NCBI GenBank assembly: GCA_905178155.1
Contig: CAJINV010000007.1
Span: 3,800,265-3,864,264 of the forward strand
Length of the DNA: 64,000 bases
Reading direction: 5' to 3'
Origin: Amoebophrya sp. A120
Taxonomy: Eukaryota; Protista; Dinoflagellata
Position 1 is the stretch's first letter. Every line of letters starts with the position of its first letter. Shown in pieces: positions 13,301-26,970 of the stretch. The notes under the pieces are model-generated. The model saw only the letters and a program-made list of their open reading frames with translations. It did not search any database and was not told the DNA's origin. The position numbers and the translations under genes were made by a program.

Positions 13301-13799
13301 TCCAAGTACTACTGGGCATAGACGGTAGGTGTAGTCGTACACTCAATCATCTGAATATCTTGGGATCATCGGCTTTTTGAAAAGACGTGGTGGTATTGTG
13401 TCTCTCTCAGACTACAAAATCTCTCTGCATTCTTCAACAGAAGAAAGAGTTCGAGTATAAAAGAAAAAATGGGGGTAATCATGCGAATTGTGATAACCAT
13501 TGACACGTTGTTTATTGCGTGTAGAACTCCGTGCTGTTTCACGAGCCGCGACTGCACTTTGCATTAGCGTTCGTTATTCGCAGACGACGAAAAATAGGCT
13601 GTTGTGAAAAGGCTTCTTCGTCCTCCACCGGCGAAAAGACGTCGACGCTCCATCCTCCACTTTTGTCGAGACCGCCGCAGTGAAAAAGCCGCCATCAGGA
13701 AAGCTGTTCCGCCATCTGGAGTTCAGGAGCTGTACGAAAAGCACTGACTAAGTAAGTTCCCTGTTCCGCCGCGAGGTGGGTCGTACCTACAATCGTACC

Positions 13800-14558
13800 A
13801 TGGGCCTAGTCTTTTCGTCCCTGTTCCGCCAGCTCTTCGGGCAGAGGGAGGTGCGAATTTTGATCCTGGGACTGGACAACGCTGGGAAAACGACGATTCT
13901 TTACCGGCTGAAGGTTGACCAAGTGGTCTCGACCACGCCAACCATCGGCTTCAACGTGGAAACGGTGCAGTACAAAAACATCTCCTTCCAAGTCTGGGAC
14001 CTCGGCGGGCAGAGCAGCATCCGACCCTACTGGCGATGCTATTTCCCAAACACAAACGCAATCATCTACGTCGTGGATTCAATCGACAAGGAAAGGCTGC
14101 AGGTACTTACTCTAACCTTTTTTACGGAGGTTCTTGTTTGTATTTGTTCGCTTTCTTGCATTGGGATTGGTATCTTCATCGACGCATCTTTCAAATCTAG
14201 TAAAGGGAAAAGTCACAGGAAGGAAGATTTATTTTTCACCATGGACATGCTGGTTGCACCGCTTCATGCATATATACACGACCAAAGTTCTAAAAGAGCC
14301 TGTCGCAAAAAAAAACAGGACGCTAAGGAAGAATTGAACCTGATGCTTGGTGAAGAGGAGCTGCAAGGCGTGCCGCTGCTGATTCTGGCGAATAAACAGG
14401 ATCTACCGCAAGCGATGAACGCAGCGGAGGTCAGTGAGGGTTTAGGGCTAACCGAAATTAGGTCGAGGCAATGGGCGATTTTCCAAACCTCGGCATTGCG
14501 GGGGAGTGGGATATTAGAGGGATTGGATTGGTTGTGCAACGTCATATCCGCAACGTGA
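13800..14558 (+). CDS. ARL1: ADP-ribosylation factor-like GTPase ARL1, 180 aa; join(13800..14102,14319..14558)
   Basis: MG myristoylation start, [25 protein letters not shown]1-type [15 protein letters not shown]. 216-bp GT-AG intron. Confidence 0.95.
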   Translation: MGLVFSSLFRQLFGQREVRILILGLDNAGKTTILYRLKVDQVVSTTPTIGFNVETVQYKNISFQVWDLGGQSSIRPYWRCYFPNTNAIIYVVDSIDKERLQVLTLTFFTEVLVCICSLSCIGIGIFIDASFKSSKGKSHRKEDLFFTMDMLVAPLHAYIHDQSSKRACRKKKQDAKEELNLMLGEEELQGVPLLILANKQDLPQAMNAAEVSEGLGLTEIRSRQWAIFQTSALRGSGILEGLDWLCNVISAT

Positions 14559-15168
14559 TGCATGTTGACGACTTACTTTCGCGTAGATCTACAGCTTGAC
14601 CCACGACACTCATACCCAAACAAGCTGACTCAACCTAACTATCATGGCAAAGACCAACCGTACCAACGCCAAAGCGCAGGACCTTTTCAAACAGCCTCTT
14701 CAACGCTCCAGCTCTCCGAGTAGTATGTATCGGTATGCATCGCAATGGCTGCGTTAGCGATCTCGCTGTTGTATATGTCATCGACCATGTTGGTGTTCGC
14801 AAAGATTCATATTTTGCTTGTCTTGTTTTCTTTCGAATTTTTTTTCTCATTCACGAAGTTGAGCGTACCTCTGCTGCTTGTGGCCGGTCTGACAGGCCAC
14901 TAAGTAACGGAGAGGAGAAGAAGAACGACGAATTGAGCAATGCGCAGTTTGTTTACACCACTTGATGCGTGGTCTCTGACTGTATTTTTGATTTTGAGTG
15001 GTGGTTGCGAGGGCTGCTCTGGCGCTACGACATCGTGATGAAGTACTTCTCAGCGTCAACTTATCATCTGTTCAAATATTAAAACCAAGCCGCTTCATAT
15101 CGTAAGAGTGGTCGAGGACAATTGTTTTGCCCGCGCGCGAAACAGCACAAGAACCCTTCCTCCAGAAA

Positions 15169-16026
15169 ATGATGCTCCGTGGACTTCTGCGACGCGCCAG
15201 GCCGATGCGCATGACTCTCCCAACGGACTATGAAATGCAAAAATGTCTGGGTCTGGATCTGGAAGAATGCAACTTGTCATGCTAAATCTGAAGCATGCAA
15301 AAATCTGTGTCGCATGATTACCAAAAGTCGTCCAGTTTTGACCAAGCCGGGAGGGAGTTTCTCATGCAGGATAGGCATTAGAAAGGTCTCGCTGAGTCTG
15401 TCATGCTAGGTCCTGCATTCCAGACCTCATGGGTCATGGAAAAGCAGAATGACAAATCGCGCACTCTTCCAGACCCAGACACTTTTACATTTGATACGGA
15501 CATCCAGTTTACGAAAGACCGGGCGGCTAGGCGGGTATGATAGTGCTACAAGTTTTTCAAATTGTCATGTTGACCTAGACCACCTCGAGCTTGGCATTTT
15601 TATTGTTTTATGTTTATCGATTATGCTGTATCAGGATCAGCCTCGCATTCGCAAATTTACATACAAAATCAGATGACAAACATGATGGAGGAGGATCGCG
15701 TCAAGTTCTACAATTGGAACCTTGCCTGCATCGCCGTCACCGGTGTGCCCTTGGCATACTAGTATAATTCGCATAAAGTTTTCTATATTCTTTTTGTTTG
15801 AATGATAAACTTTTATTTTGCTTCCTGTTCTTTTCAAAGTGCGAAGATACCGCTATGCCTGTTTTTGAACGATTATGATTATGACATGCGCAACGCATAA
15901 AATGGATCACATCCTCTCAGCCTCACGGTGAACTACAATTCCTCTGACGATACGGACCGCATTTTGCGAGTCTTGGACCCGGACGCGCGATCGCAGATCG
16001 GGTACTATCCGGGCATCATGGGTTGA
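15169..16026 (+). CDS. Small single-pass membrane protein with Arg-rich presequence-like N-terminus, 95 aa; join(15169..15228,15502..15534,15673..15761,15921..16026)
   Basis: Spliced product MMLRGLLRRARPMRMTLPTD|IQFTKDRAARR|MTNMMEEDRVKFYNWNLACIAVTGVPLAYY|LTVNYNSSDDTDRILRVLDPDARSQIGYYPGIMG*. Two GT-AG introns plus one introner, all phases compatible. Confidence 0.75.
15229..15496. mobile_element. Introner/MITE-like intron, family A copy 2
   Basis: TIR TATGAAATGCAAAAATGTCTGGGTCTGGA / TCCAGACCCAGACACTTTTACATTTGATA. Perfect 5-bp TSD CGGAC (15224..15228, 15497..15501). Interior collinear with 8601..8863. Confidence 0.9.
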
Positions 16027-17260
16027 GCTTGGTGGTGAGGCAGATCGGGTTGGTCACCACTCTAGTACCACTCTAGGGAGTAGAACGACAATACTGAAAA
16101 AATTTTTTTATCCGCTGCCGCAGCTCGTACTGCCTGCTTCTCTACTTCTACTACTTTGTTCACTAGTTACAACCCGTGTCGTCCGCGGTGTTATTGCATG
16201 TTTAGTAGTACTAGGTGCACGAGGACGACGCTTCTGTGATGGACTTCGTAAAAACCGCAAGGTGAACCACATCGATTTGAGGCTCCTGAAGATGGGAAAG
16301 GCTTGTGTAGTAGTGCTGGTGGCCACCAGCATCGATCCGAAACAATTGAAAGTAGAGCCAGTTGTAGTGGAAAACACCTCCCTTGGTTGTCAACGAGATA
16401 TACGTGTTAGGGAGACAGTGGTGTTCGATTCCTTGATGATGTTGCCAACACGATTTTTACAGGAGTAAAATAAAGAAGAAGTGATGTAAAACCACATCGT
16501 CCATTGTTGAAAATTAGCATGCTGTCCTCGTGCGCGTGGGTGGCAATATCGCATGATTTCACAACCAAAAGGTGTGATGGAAAAGCTGTTCCTTATCCTT
16601 AATAGAAGTCGGCTTTGTAGTCGCCTCTAGCGGGAAATTGACAGTCGATGAGAGAAAAATCTTGGTCTTTATGCGAGAAGTGTGGAAGCTGAGGGAGCTT
16701 GCTTCGAGTCATTCACATTCTGTATAGTCAGATCGTTGGCGTGGAGGAGCGAAAAGCTACGCACTTGAGTAGCTTTCGCGGTTTCGTTCAGCGCTTTCGA
16801 ACGAAGTTTCTTCGTTGCATGTCTGAGATTTCGTTTTTGATGATTGGACAAAACTCTTCATCAGTTGCAGTGTGTGAAGACTGATAGAGTTACCAGTCCT
16901 TCTACTTCTTTACACAGCCACATCAACGAAGGAGTTGTCACATCAAACTAGTGCATGCGGCAATAAGATGACGTCACCAGCTCCGCAAGCTAGTGACGTT
17001 CCGCCCCGGCGCGCGGGCTACGAGATCCTCGGCGACCGCATTGCGCGGTTGAAGAACATGCAGCAGGTACTTTTGCCTGTTGAGACGTTGAATTGATGTT
17101 GTGCTGTTTATTTTCTGACTTGTCCTTGTCCATCAAGTTCAAGAATTTACGTCGGAGCAGACTCATCTGAGCAACGGAAAGTTGTTCCAATCAACATCCT
17201 GAGAAATTCCGAAAAAATGTAAATGATCTTCAGGTGAATGCCCTCGCGTCCCGCGCTAAC

Positions 17261-20200
17261 ATGCGGTCGCGGCAAGGTCAAGCTCAACCCGACCCCCAGC
17301 ACACGAGCTCCGTCCCGGACTTGAGCAGCGCGACCACCGAAGCGCCTAACACCTCTGCCTCGGAAAAATCGTCTTCTTCGTCCGTGAAGGCGAATTATTT
17401 GGGGAACTACGACGAAGCGCACGTGGTTGGTACTGTTTCTGCGCAGTATGATCAAATGCAAGACGAAAATCTGATGGCGTCGAAGAAGAATCTGTCATCC
17501 TACCTCCCCAGTACAGCGCCCCCCGCGGCAAATGTTCCGTCGTCTTCCCGGATCGGAGATGGTGACACGAACCGCAGCAACGACGATGACCAAAGCGACA
17601 CGGGCTTTCAGAGCAGGGCTTCCACGGCTCGCGCACGGGGGGAGCTCGTGGCTAGATTTATTCGGGAAACGCAACAGGAGAAGAATATTGACGTGGGCAA
17701 CAAGCAGGCGGCTGCAGCACCACCACCAGCTGCGAAAACAAACCAACCTCTGAATAATTACAGCGTCACCCCGCCGCCGAGCACTTACAACGCTTCGCAC
17801 CAACATGCCGTAACGACGACTCCAGCGGTGAACGTTGCTACCACCAGCGCCACGCGCCACTACAATCGACTAGCGGCCACCGCTGCGCCCGTCATGATGT
17901 CCACTTCCACCGTGTATGGCAGTAGGCAAAATCAGCAGCTTCCATCGCGAAACAACTCTGTGACCAGAACAAGACCTGGTGTCCTGGTCCCGGAGCGCCA
18001 GGTTGTTACAGCAGGTGGAAGCTCGGGAGCAGCCGCATCGCCAAACAAAGCTCCAGGTACCAAACAACTCGCGGGTGGAACATCTGCTGGTGCCTATTAT
18101 CATGGTTCAGCAGGAGGAGCTTCTGCGAAACAGACAAACCTTCGTGGCAGCTACACGAGAACCACCAGCAACCAAAACTTTTCATCGGCGTCGACGTCCC
18201 AACCCGCTGCTTCTAGGGCAGAATTTGGCTTTGCGAAAGCGAAATTGCAGCAAAAGCAGGCGATGTTGCAGAAGCAGTTGCTCCTTTCTGGCACCCCCTC
18301 TTCCCACGATAGCAACCATTGGAACGAACTCGAACCCGAGGTGGACAGCGGCGCGCGCACGCCATTCTCTGACTTCGAGGACAATTGTGTCGGCGGAGGT
18401 GGAACTATTGCGGGTCACGGTCAGGACGATGCTGGTACTACGCTGCCACTAGACGGACGACGTGAAGAAGGCGCTACTGCAATGACAAACTTCGCAAGTT
18501 CCACAGTCACTTGGTCGTCCAATTTTCTTGGAAACGCCACCGCTTGGGTCGACTCGTGGAAGCAACAAGTGGCGGATGTGTTTGAATCTACTTCATCAGC
18601 GGCACACAAGGGCACTAGTGGCGGTAGTGCAGGAGCAAAAACCAGTAGTCCTGCTGCGTTCTCGTCCAAGCGAGCAAAGCCTTCTGAAAGCCAGGCTCTG
18701 CTGCAAACTCCAGCCCAGCAGCGTCGAGGAGATTTTTACACCGAAGAGCCCCAGGGCACGGCTGGGGCAGCATCATCCGGCGGGCAACGCAGCAAGATGA
18801 AGCAGCACCAGAAGACTTCTGGAGCTAACAGTATGAACTACCAGTTCTTTTACGGCTCCGCGGCGGTGCCGGCTTCCTCGGAAAAGTCGCTGATTCTCTC
18901 GCCGCAACCGGTAGTAGAGGACCACGCCGCTTTTGGGTTGTCGAGCGCCAAGCGCCCGCGGCCGAAGCCGAGTTCTAGTACTACCAAGAGGAAAAATCTG
19001 CTTTCCGCAGCACCTACGTCCGACGACGAAGCAGACGACTTGCACATTTTTGAGCAGGCCCTGAAATTGTCGGAGAGCAAGACGAAAATGCAGATCCGGG
19101 CGGTGGGCTTCACGTTGTTCATTCTCATTTCCTACTTGGTTCTAGCCCACTCCGCACTGTACTATCCCTCATCTTCTAGCAGTACAGCAGACCACGGCAC
19201 GCAACCGGTGGTCGACGGGGCCACGTTTCCCTGTCCGCACATTGTCTTTGGGAGTTACCGCTTCGGCCCCGGGTGCGAGCTCTTCTGGAGCCGGGTTTTC
19301 AATGGTTTAGGGGGTGGACGGACTATTGCACCAACTAGTCCCTCTGCGAAAGAGAAGAAACAGCTTTTACGGCGAGAGGCAAACAGTAAAAGTTCGGATG
19401 GAGCTACGAAAAAAGCGCCTCAACAGGAGCCTTCCCTCTATCCTGAAGATTCGTTGTTTGTGAGAAAATCCCACAGCAATTTAGAGGACTTGAATGAAGA
19501 ATCAAGTTCCTCTTCGTCCTCTAGTGCATCGAAAGATGGCGGAATTGACCTGGATTCTTCGAAAGAAATGACCGAGGCCGCCACGACAACGACCCTGACC
19601 GCGACCACGACTTTCATTGCGAAGATCCTCGACAGCGTTCTCACGGGCGGCGCTTTGAGCAGCCTAACCAACAGCCTCACGGGAAGAAGTAGTAGTAGTG
19701 GTTTTCTTCCGAATGGCTTAACGACCACGGTCGAGCAGCAGCAGTTTAAGAAGCAGATTTTCCAGGGTTTGACGGATTTGGAATCGTCCCTGGCCTTCTA
19801 CTCGTCCGAGCAGCTGAGCGACGACGCTTTGAAGTTTTCCGGCGTGGTGGCCCACTTTGTGAAAGACCGGGCGCGAATGGGAAACGAAGTGAAGCAAATG
19901 CTGAAGAAGTTTCCCGAGTACACAGGGCTGGACAAACCATCCGAAATCAACCTCGTTTACTCGTCCGACGACGAAAAGCTCGCCGTGGTGGTTGACAGCC
20001 ACGGCAACGAGGTGGCCGGAAGTACAGCAACCTCGCCCGGAACACCAGCGGTGATACAAGAACTACCCCCGAGCGCGCCGGGGGCTATGAGCGGCGAACT
20101 CGGATCGGGACCGGTGATTGGATATTACGGTAGCAGTACCACACCGTCTTCCGCCATACCGGAAGGAACTCCGGCCGCAATACAAGATCCACTGTTATCG

Positions 20201-22388
20201 GAGCAGAAAGACCAGAAGCGGGTGTACCTAGCGATCGAGAGATTCGCGCCGGCCATTCACCATTGGCTTCGCCACCTGCAGAATAACATGATTCTGAAAG
20301 TGCAAGTCGTAGTGTCTCCGGGGGACCATGTTTGGCTGTTGCCGTCGAACCGGCGGAGGAACGCGAACAGTCTTGCCGGTGACATCTTCCAGGGGCCAGA
20401 GCAGTTCTCGTTGCTGACCCCGTTTTTCGGCACCGGAACGCTGAACGTTGCGGGCCAGTTGGAAGCCTTGACGGAGGGCAGTGTCGCCGGTGCCGATTTG
20501 TCTGTACCCTACCAGCTGCAAGGAAAGGGCGTGGCGTGGTACTTGGAGAAAAGACGCATGCGATTATTTTTGTGATCAAATTTGTGATGGTGCGAGGGAG
20601 GCGGCATGATCGAATTTGCATTTGCTCGTTCTTGAAAAAGGCCAGTGACAATCCTCGCCAAGGATGATCATGAGGCTCGTGCTTGGCAATAGTAAAAAAT
20701 TGCGATAGTGAGTCCATTTTTTAAAACGGACACAAATTCCAAACTCATCAGGCTTATCGTCGACCTCCTGTCTGACAACGTCGTCAAGTACCATGAGACC
20801 ACCAGTAATCGCGGGTTGCTCAAGGCCGCAAACGACGCTGTTGCGAGGATCCAAAAGGTGCGGCGAACCACGTTTCCCGAGAAGGTGGAGGCGGCCTTTG
20901 ATCTGTACTTCAATCTCTGGACGGGTAGAGCAGCGTCCAGAATACTGTCAAGAACTACGGAGGAAAACACCAGCACCATCAAGCAACAAGACCTTCACTC
21001 TTTGCCTGCTGCATTATTTCGTACCACACTCGAGTCTGAATTTTACGACGCGACCTCAAGTTCGGACCAGGATCTGCTCAGTAACTTGAAGCCCACGATT
21101 GACCCGCCCACACCAAAATGGATGTTTGATCAGCCTGCTGCAGTATCAACGTCTGGGTCCACCTCAACTGCAGCATCTTCGCACTCGCTTCTGCCCTTCG
21201 CCATGCAAAAGGTCTATGTGGTTTTCGAAGAGCCGATTGTGTCTAGTGTCGTGGCGAGGGTCATGAGGCCAGCCGCCGCGGGCTCTCCTGACGACGTAGT
21301 GTCAGTGGGCGGAACGGGTCGCGCAAGCACGATGAATCCCACTTGCGTCGTGGATCGCGTGCGGAGTAGCTTCTCGCCGTTGCGGCTAACCTTGCGGAGC
21401 CACCTGAGCCAAGTGTCGTCGCTAGAAGGAGCTTTGAGCAGAATTATTCGGGACCAGAGGTATCATTTAAGGTTTACTGTTCTGATATGTTATTTCATCT
21501 ACTTGCATCATGATCATGCGTTTTTGTGTGTGCAACGAAAAAACGAAACGTTGTTGACTACCCGTCTCGTTCCTTCTCCCTCTTAATCAGCCAAAACCTA
21601 TGAATCCAAAACACAGTTCTGACGACAGTATGGCAGCTTTGGTTTTGCACCCGGAGTATCTGACGCCGAAGGTGTGGAGAAAAATCACCGAGGCTTTGAA
21701 GCAGGTACTTGATTATACACGACCTATCGATTCTTGTTTCTATACGCACGAATGTTCTTTGTATGAGGCATCCCTATGAAGATTACGTTTACGTCTACGG
21801 CAACATGCATCATCTTCTATCGTGCTACTTTCAAAAAGAAAAAGCAAAAGACAAGCCCATTTCCAATACAACATACTCAAACAGACCCCGAACACCGCTA
21901 CGCCGACAGCAGCATCAGCAACTGCGTCAACAGCTGCTAAATCTGCGGACGACAAAGATGTCGTGTCCTCCGACTCTGCCAAACCAGACGACACGACAAC
22001 TTCCGCCGATACGAAAACAGCAGCGGCAACCGAAACCTCCGCAACCGCACCAGTTTTCACCGATCTGGTCGCGTTCGAGACACTAAAGGCCACGTCGCAC
22101 GCGAGCGAGAAAGCGGAGATTAGTGCGTTTGTCGAGATCCGGGCCGCGGACAGTACACCTGCAGTAGCTACTTCGGCAGCGGCGGAAAAAATCGTGGAGA
22201 GAAGCATCACCGATTTCCCGATCTTCCTGAACGCAAAAACCGCCGGGGAGGTGCTGAATAAGATTACACTCCTGAACGAATTCGACGGAAATTTTGAGGC
22301 GTTCTTGCTACACGCGCTGGGACAAAGCCGGCTGACGAAGTACAAGTTACCGGGATTGCCGGCGAAGGAGATGCCCGGGTGTGTGTAG
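17261..22388 (+). CDS. Large hypothetical single-TM protein; join(17261..20538,20752..21459,21617..21704,21885..22388), start uncertain
   Basis: 1113-codon ORF plus three phase-compatible GT-AG introns. TM segment AVGFTLFILISYLVLAHSALYY. No domain recognised. Confidence 0.65.
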
Positions 22389-22664
22389 AGGGTAGCACTA
22401 GCAGTGAAGAGATGAAGTGTTTCATAGGAAGCGGATGCCCAACCTCAATGAATTTTGTAGTGAACAACAAAGCGGTCTACGACTTCCGCTACCGCGTTTT
22501 TATACTGTCAGCCAGTTGTCGCAAGGCCCCAGTTTTATGTATCAAATGAAAAGATGGCTTGCTTCTGCTTGTAAGATGTACAAAAAGACGAAGAAATACG
22601 CAAGAAAATTTTACCTGTAAAGACCCAGTATTAATAATTGATGACTTGGCATCTTCACTGCTAC

Positions 22665-22977
22665 TGTTGGAACACACGAAGCCGCTAAAGGGTTCAAAAT
22701 GCTAAAGCTTGACACAGCTAGCAAAATCCTAAGAACTCACACGGCAGGGGCTGCGTATGCCTCTAACTGCCAAACCTGGGAAAGCATAGGAACAGGGTCC
22801 AGGGTCTCGATCATCATCATCGTCATCATCATCATGCTAGCGCTAAGCCTAGGGCTGAAGGATCTCGATCACACTGCTAGCGCTAAGGGTCAAGATCGTA
22901 AGCATTTGGATCAGGGTCATGGTGCTAAGCTTAGGCATTTGGATCCGGAGCGGTGCGTAGAGTGCATCTCGTCAACG
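22665..22977 (-). repeat. 3' LTR
   Basis: Identical by eye to 27881..28193 except the terminal base (G vs A). Confidence 0.95.
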
Positions 22978-22985
22978 CCCCTCCT
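22978..22985 (-). other. Polypurine tract
   Basis: + strand CCCCTCCT reads AGGAGGGG immediately before the 3' LTR. Confidence 0.75.
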
Positions 22986-23049
22986 GCAATCGTCGCCAAA
23001 AGCCATCGCTGACCCATGTCCATTCAATGCATGTAAGCATAAGTCAGTC

Positions 23050-26000
23050 TGAAAAGAGTGAACTACTTACAATCACGTCGAAGCTCAGGCGAGCTCGACT
23101 AAAGTCAATACTCCGAAAGGATGTAAACCGGTCCGCAACGCAATTCAGGTCTGTGCCCACTCCCACGTCTACCCTCATCCTGAGACGGTGGGTCTCGCAA
23201 TGCTGTAAGCGCTGGAGATGATCCTCACTGGATAGAAAGCTTCTGACGCTGTTCTATACAGAGCGACAATCGACAACGTCACGGCATGGCGAGTAGCGGC
23301 GCAAGAATTGCGTAGCGACTCTCTGCTTGTGTCAAAATCAAAACTCTACTAATGGCAGGCACGCTCGCAGAAAAGCTACCTGTCCCCTCCTCGAATGAGA
23401 AGCGTCCAGCGCGCTCTAGCGTGCGCGATCCTGTCACGAAATGTATACTCATTGCGAAAACTCTTCTCTAACTTCAGAAATCAGCGTAGCCAGCCTCAGA
23501 GCTCACTAGACGGGTCCCCTCCTCAGATGAAAGTCCCCAGGCTGAGTCCGAAAACTGCAGATGCCGTATCTGGGTCCTTACAAACTGAGAGGTGGCTGCC
23601 CGCAGCTAACTCAAGGGTCTGAAGATAAATCTACAGAGAATCTGGAGAAAGTCTACTCTATTTCACTACGAGGGAAGTTCGTAAGCTTCTGCTACTACCT
23701 AGGGCCCAGACTATGAAACTCGACACATCATAAGACTTGCTGCTCCGTCTTTGACGTTGACTAAGCACCAAGGGGAGGCTTGGCGCGTCTATCTGTCTAG
23801 CCACTTCCACTCTGGGCTTCCAAAAGTCAGCTTCAGGCGTGGCCTCGTGCGTAGCTAGGGAATGTCGTCTGTGTATCCTGTGCATCATCCACACACTAGG
23901 AATCTCACTCCTCCTGCGATGACTTGACGCAAGGGAAGAAATTTCACTAGCTATCAACTACGTGGAAAAGTGTAAAGCAAAATGGATCACACCTATCCGG
24001 CGCCACGCCACACGCTCAAGCATCTCGCTTCATCTGTCAAACCTGTCGCAGGTCCATCTCTGTCCACGCTTCGCGCGTATTCGTTAGTCTATGACTCACT
24101 ATTCACTTTCTGCTTTCGGGAACTGTTGCTATCTAGAGGATAGGCTTGCAACTGAGATAGTCGCTATCTTTCATTCCTGGAAACTCCGCTTCAGGTAGGT
24201 CCCAGCGGACTGCGATGCAGAATGAGTCGCCGAAGCAACGCAACACAGACCACCAAAAAGGGCTACCGTAATCATTGTTCAGATAGAATCGACTTGATCT
24301 ATCAGAATCAGCGGGGTCACGCACTTAGCTCACCGAGTCACCCCTGACTTTCGTCATTGACTCTAGGTCTCACGCAGGCACAGGGCCACACGAGAAGAAC
24401 ATACCTAGGTCGATTGGACACCTTGACCATGCAAAGTAGGGTCGAGACACAGGGTCCTTGAGCTGCTCAAAAGTCGCTCTTGGAGTATGAGACTCACCCA
24501 TCAGCTCAGTGCATCTGCTGGGTCTGAGTAAGAGGTCACTAGTCATGGTAGATCTAGCCTCAGAGTGAGTTTGTATCTAAGTGCACCAGGATCGGGTCTC
24601 CATGCTTCTCAGCTTAGGGCTGGAGGCATGTTGCATCAGGTAGCCTCGACGCTTTTCCAGCGGTGAAGCGCTCGAACCTCCGCAAGCAAGCCTCCCAAGG
24701 TAGGTCGACTGCCTGTGATTCGATGCAGTACCCACTCGCTCACGAGTCGCCATGTAGATGCTGAGCATGTTGTAGTGCGGAGGCGAACTCCCTACCACAT
24801 ACACACACTCACCCGACTTCGTCCGCGTCAAGTCTTTCATAGAAGAACGACACCGCGTCAAGTGCGTCTTCTTATATTTACAGCATCGGAGTTCTGGACA
24901 CGAGTGGAGTCTCGCTTATCAGCGATCTTCCGCCACGAACCTAGAACCACAAGACTACAATCTGGACAGCTCGAACCGTGCAAAGGCACTTTCTTAGACA
25001 ACTCACGCGGGACCGCGTAAGCTTGTCTTGTATAGAGCTAGACCTCGCGGACTAATATGCTCTATGTCTCCAGACTGTGTTCTTGTCACAAGCTGCCTCG
25101 GGGTCTTCCAACCTCGTGCGTCAGCTTGCGCCTAACTGAGTTGGCAATCCAGGGCTCCTTCACTGAGAGCATACCTCTCGAGCCTTTCTCTCACTTACTG
25201 GATTCTTCAACGCCTTCACCTCATCGAAGGGTCTAAGCTTGACTACTATGGACTTCTCTCATGCGTTTCGTCCAACTTCGATCCTCCCAGACGAGTCACG
25301 CGCACGACATTGCTCTACCTGGGTGCCAATCAGGAAAGTAGTCATAGCGATCATCTATTGAATCGGACTTCACAGCATGAGCAAAACTGAATCTTCCTCC
25401 TCCTGTCCTGACGACGTGCAAAGCAATGTCTCTCCCCTCCTCAGATTGAAAACCATCGGAGCATCGGAGAACGGACCAGAGGGGTTCAGTTCTGTACTTC
25501 TCTCCGTTTAGTTTCTATAAGACTAAGCCTTCCGCCTTCTTCTCAACGTGCTCCACCCCATGAACCTCCAGGCGATGAGCCGACCATCCATCTATGGTCT
25601 AGTCGTCCAAGCGCGGGCTGAACCGGCTGTGACGCGCCGTCTCGAAGGGCAAGATGATCTCTCTAGATAGGCTTCGCTTCACATACAAAACAGAGCTTCC
25701 CCATCGTGCGTGCCGAATCAGGAAAACCCAGCTGGAGAATAAGCCTACAGACGCAGAGGACTTTCAGCAGTATCCAAGCAACCAGGCTAACCGATAAAGC
25801 TCGCACAGGGATAGAAGGGGGCCACCAACTGCCGAGGGCAGTGGTAGTCTCTGCAGCTTCTCACGCGTGTCTCGCGCTTTCTCACTTCCTCTAGGCATCT
25901 CACCTTCTCAACATGGATTCTGTACTTTTGCGCTAACCTCCATGGACAGGACCTGAATGGGCTTCCTGTGTCCGATGGGTTTGCGGCGATTGCTCATCAC

Positions 26001-26900
26001 TTGACGAGATCACCACTCAGGACTTCTCCTCCTGTCTGCTAACCAGACCGAAGAGATTCACGAACCGAATTCGATGACAACTGGGTCTCTCGGCTCATGT
26101 CCTGGCGAGTACACACACAAGGATAGACATTCTCAAACAGATTTCAAGTTTCTAGAACTGGCCCGACTATCTACTTCCACTCTATCTACTCTGACCGATA
26201 CTCGGCGCTGCTGCGCTGGCTCTCAGGCCACGCAGAACACCTCTAAACGGGCTCGAAGCTCGTCGAACTCGGTCACGTCATCCATCAGCTGCTTGCTTCG
26301 CGTCGTCCTTCGTCGTCCTAGAGTGTTTCAATCATTTCAAAAGGTCACTCACTCACAGTCTTCAGCTCATAGCGGTTGCAATAGCAGCTGCGTCAGAAAC
26401 GCTGCATCGCTATGCTTCAAGTGCTTCTGAGCATCATTCACTAAACTAATGCTGTCTATTGACAATCGACCTCGAGACCAAGGCAGCTGGGACTGCTAGC
26501 TTAGCTGTTAGGCTAGGCCTGCTGTCTCAGAGCCTCCCAGGTGGGCCTCATGTCTTTGGTCGTTGTCTGTCATACATACAATCTATCTTCACTTCTGTCA
26601 ATTCATTCTACTTGGATCCTATTCAAATTCTGATCTACTTCATACATAGAGTCCCTGTCTTCCTTCCTTTACCAGGTCACGAGACGCAGTCCAGATGCTT
26701 TAGCGTGTTTGTTTTGCCAGGTCACTTGCGTAACCAGCTCAACAAATTCAGCACATCTGTCATCTTCCGCATCTCGAACACCTTCAAACGCAACAACACA
26801 AATCGGCCACGCTTTTCTTCGCTTGCCGTTGTTCTGCGCGTTTCCGCTTTTCGTTTTTTTGTACTTTTTCAAACACGTTGGCGACATGTTTCATTTTTCT
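23050..26900 (-). pseudogene. Highly degenerate Copia-type pol
   Basis: No long ORF. Remnants YLGRLACGG (~24676-24702, KARLV.G-like), WSRCPIDLGMF (~24397-24429), and RNase H-like FSDSAWG..SEAGY (~23490-23556), VVDCRSV (~23257-23277), VADRFTS (~23119-23139). No intact YVDD seen. Confidence 0.6.
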
Positions 26901-26970
26901 TATTCGGTTGCAAAACCCACTCAGTTGCTGAACTGATGGGATGTGAGAAAAGGAATCTTCATCCACTCAC

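Noticed and set aside
10750-13600. Possible pseudogene fragments in the AT-rich gap
   Set aside because: Short protein-like stretches (~12190-12480) but no recognisable motif or consistent exon chain.
13703-13830. CTGTTCCGCC three times around the ARL1 start
   Set aside because: Short repeat with one copy in the coding sequence. No CRISPR-like or other supportable role.
13776-14558. 260-aa ARL1 with a novel insert
   Set aside because: The insert is a stop-free 216-nt GT-AG intron. Removing it gives a normal 180-aa ARL1.
23050-26970. Stop-codon reassignment in the retroelement pol, as known for one Amoebophrya strain
   Set aside because: Reading through stops does not give one continuous pol. 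The motifs lie in different frames and are themselves degenerate. Host genes end at standard stops.
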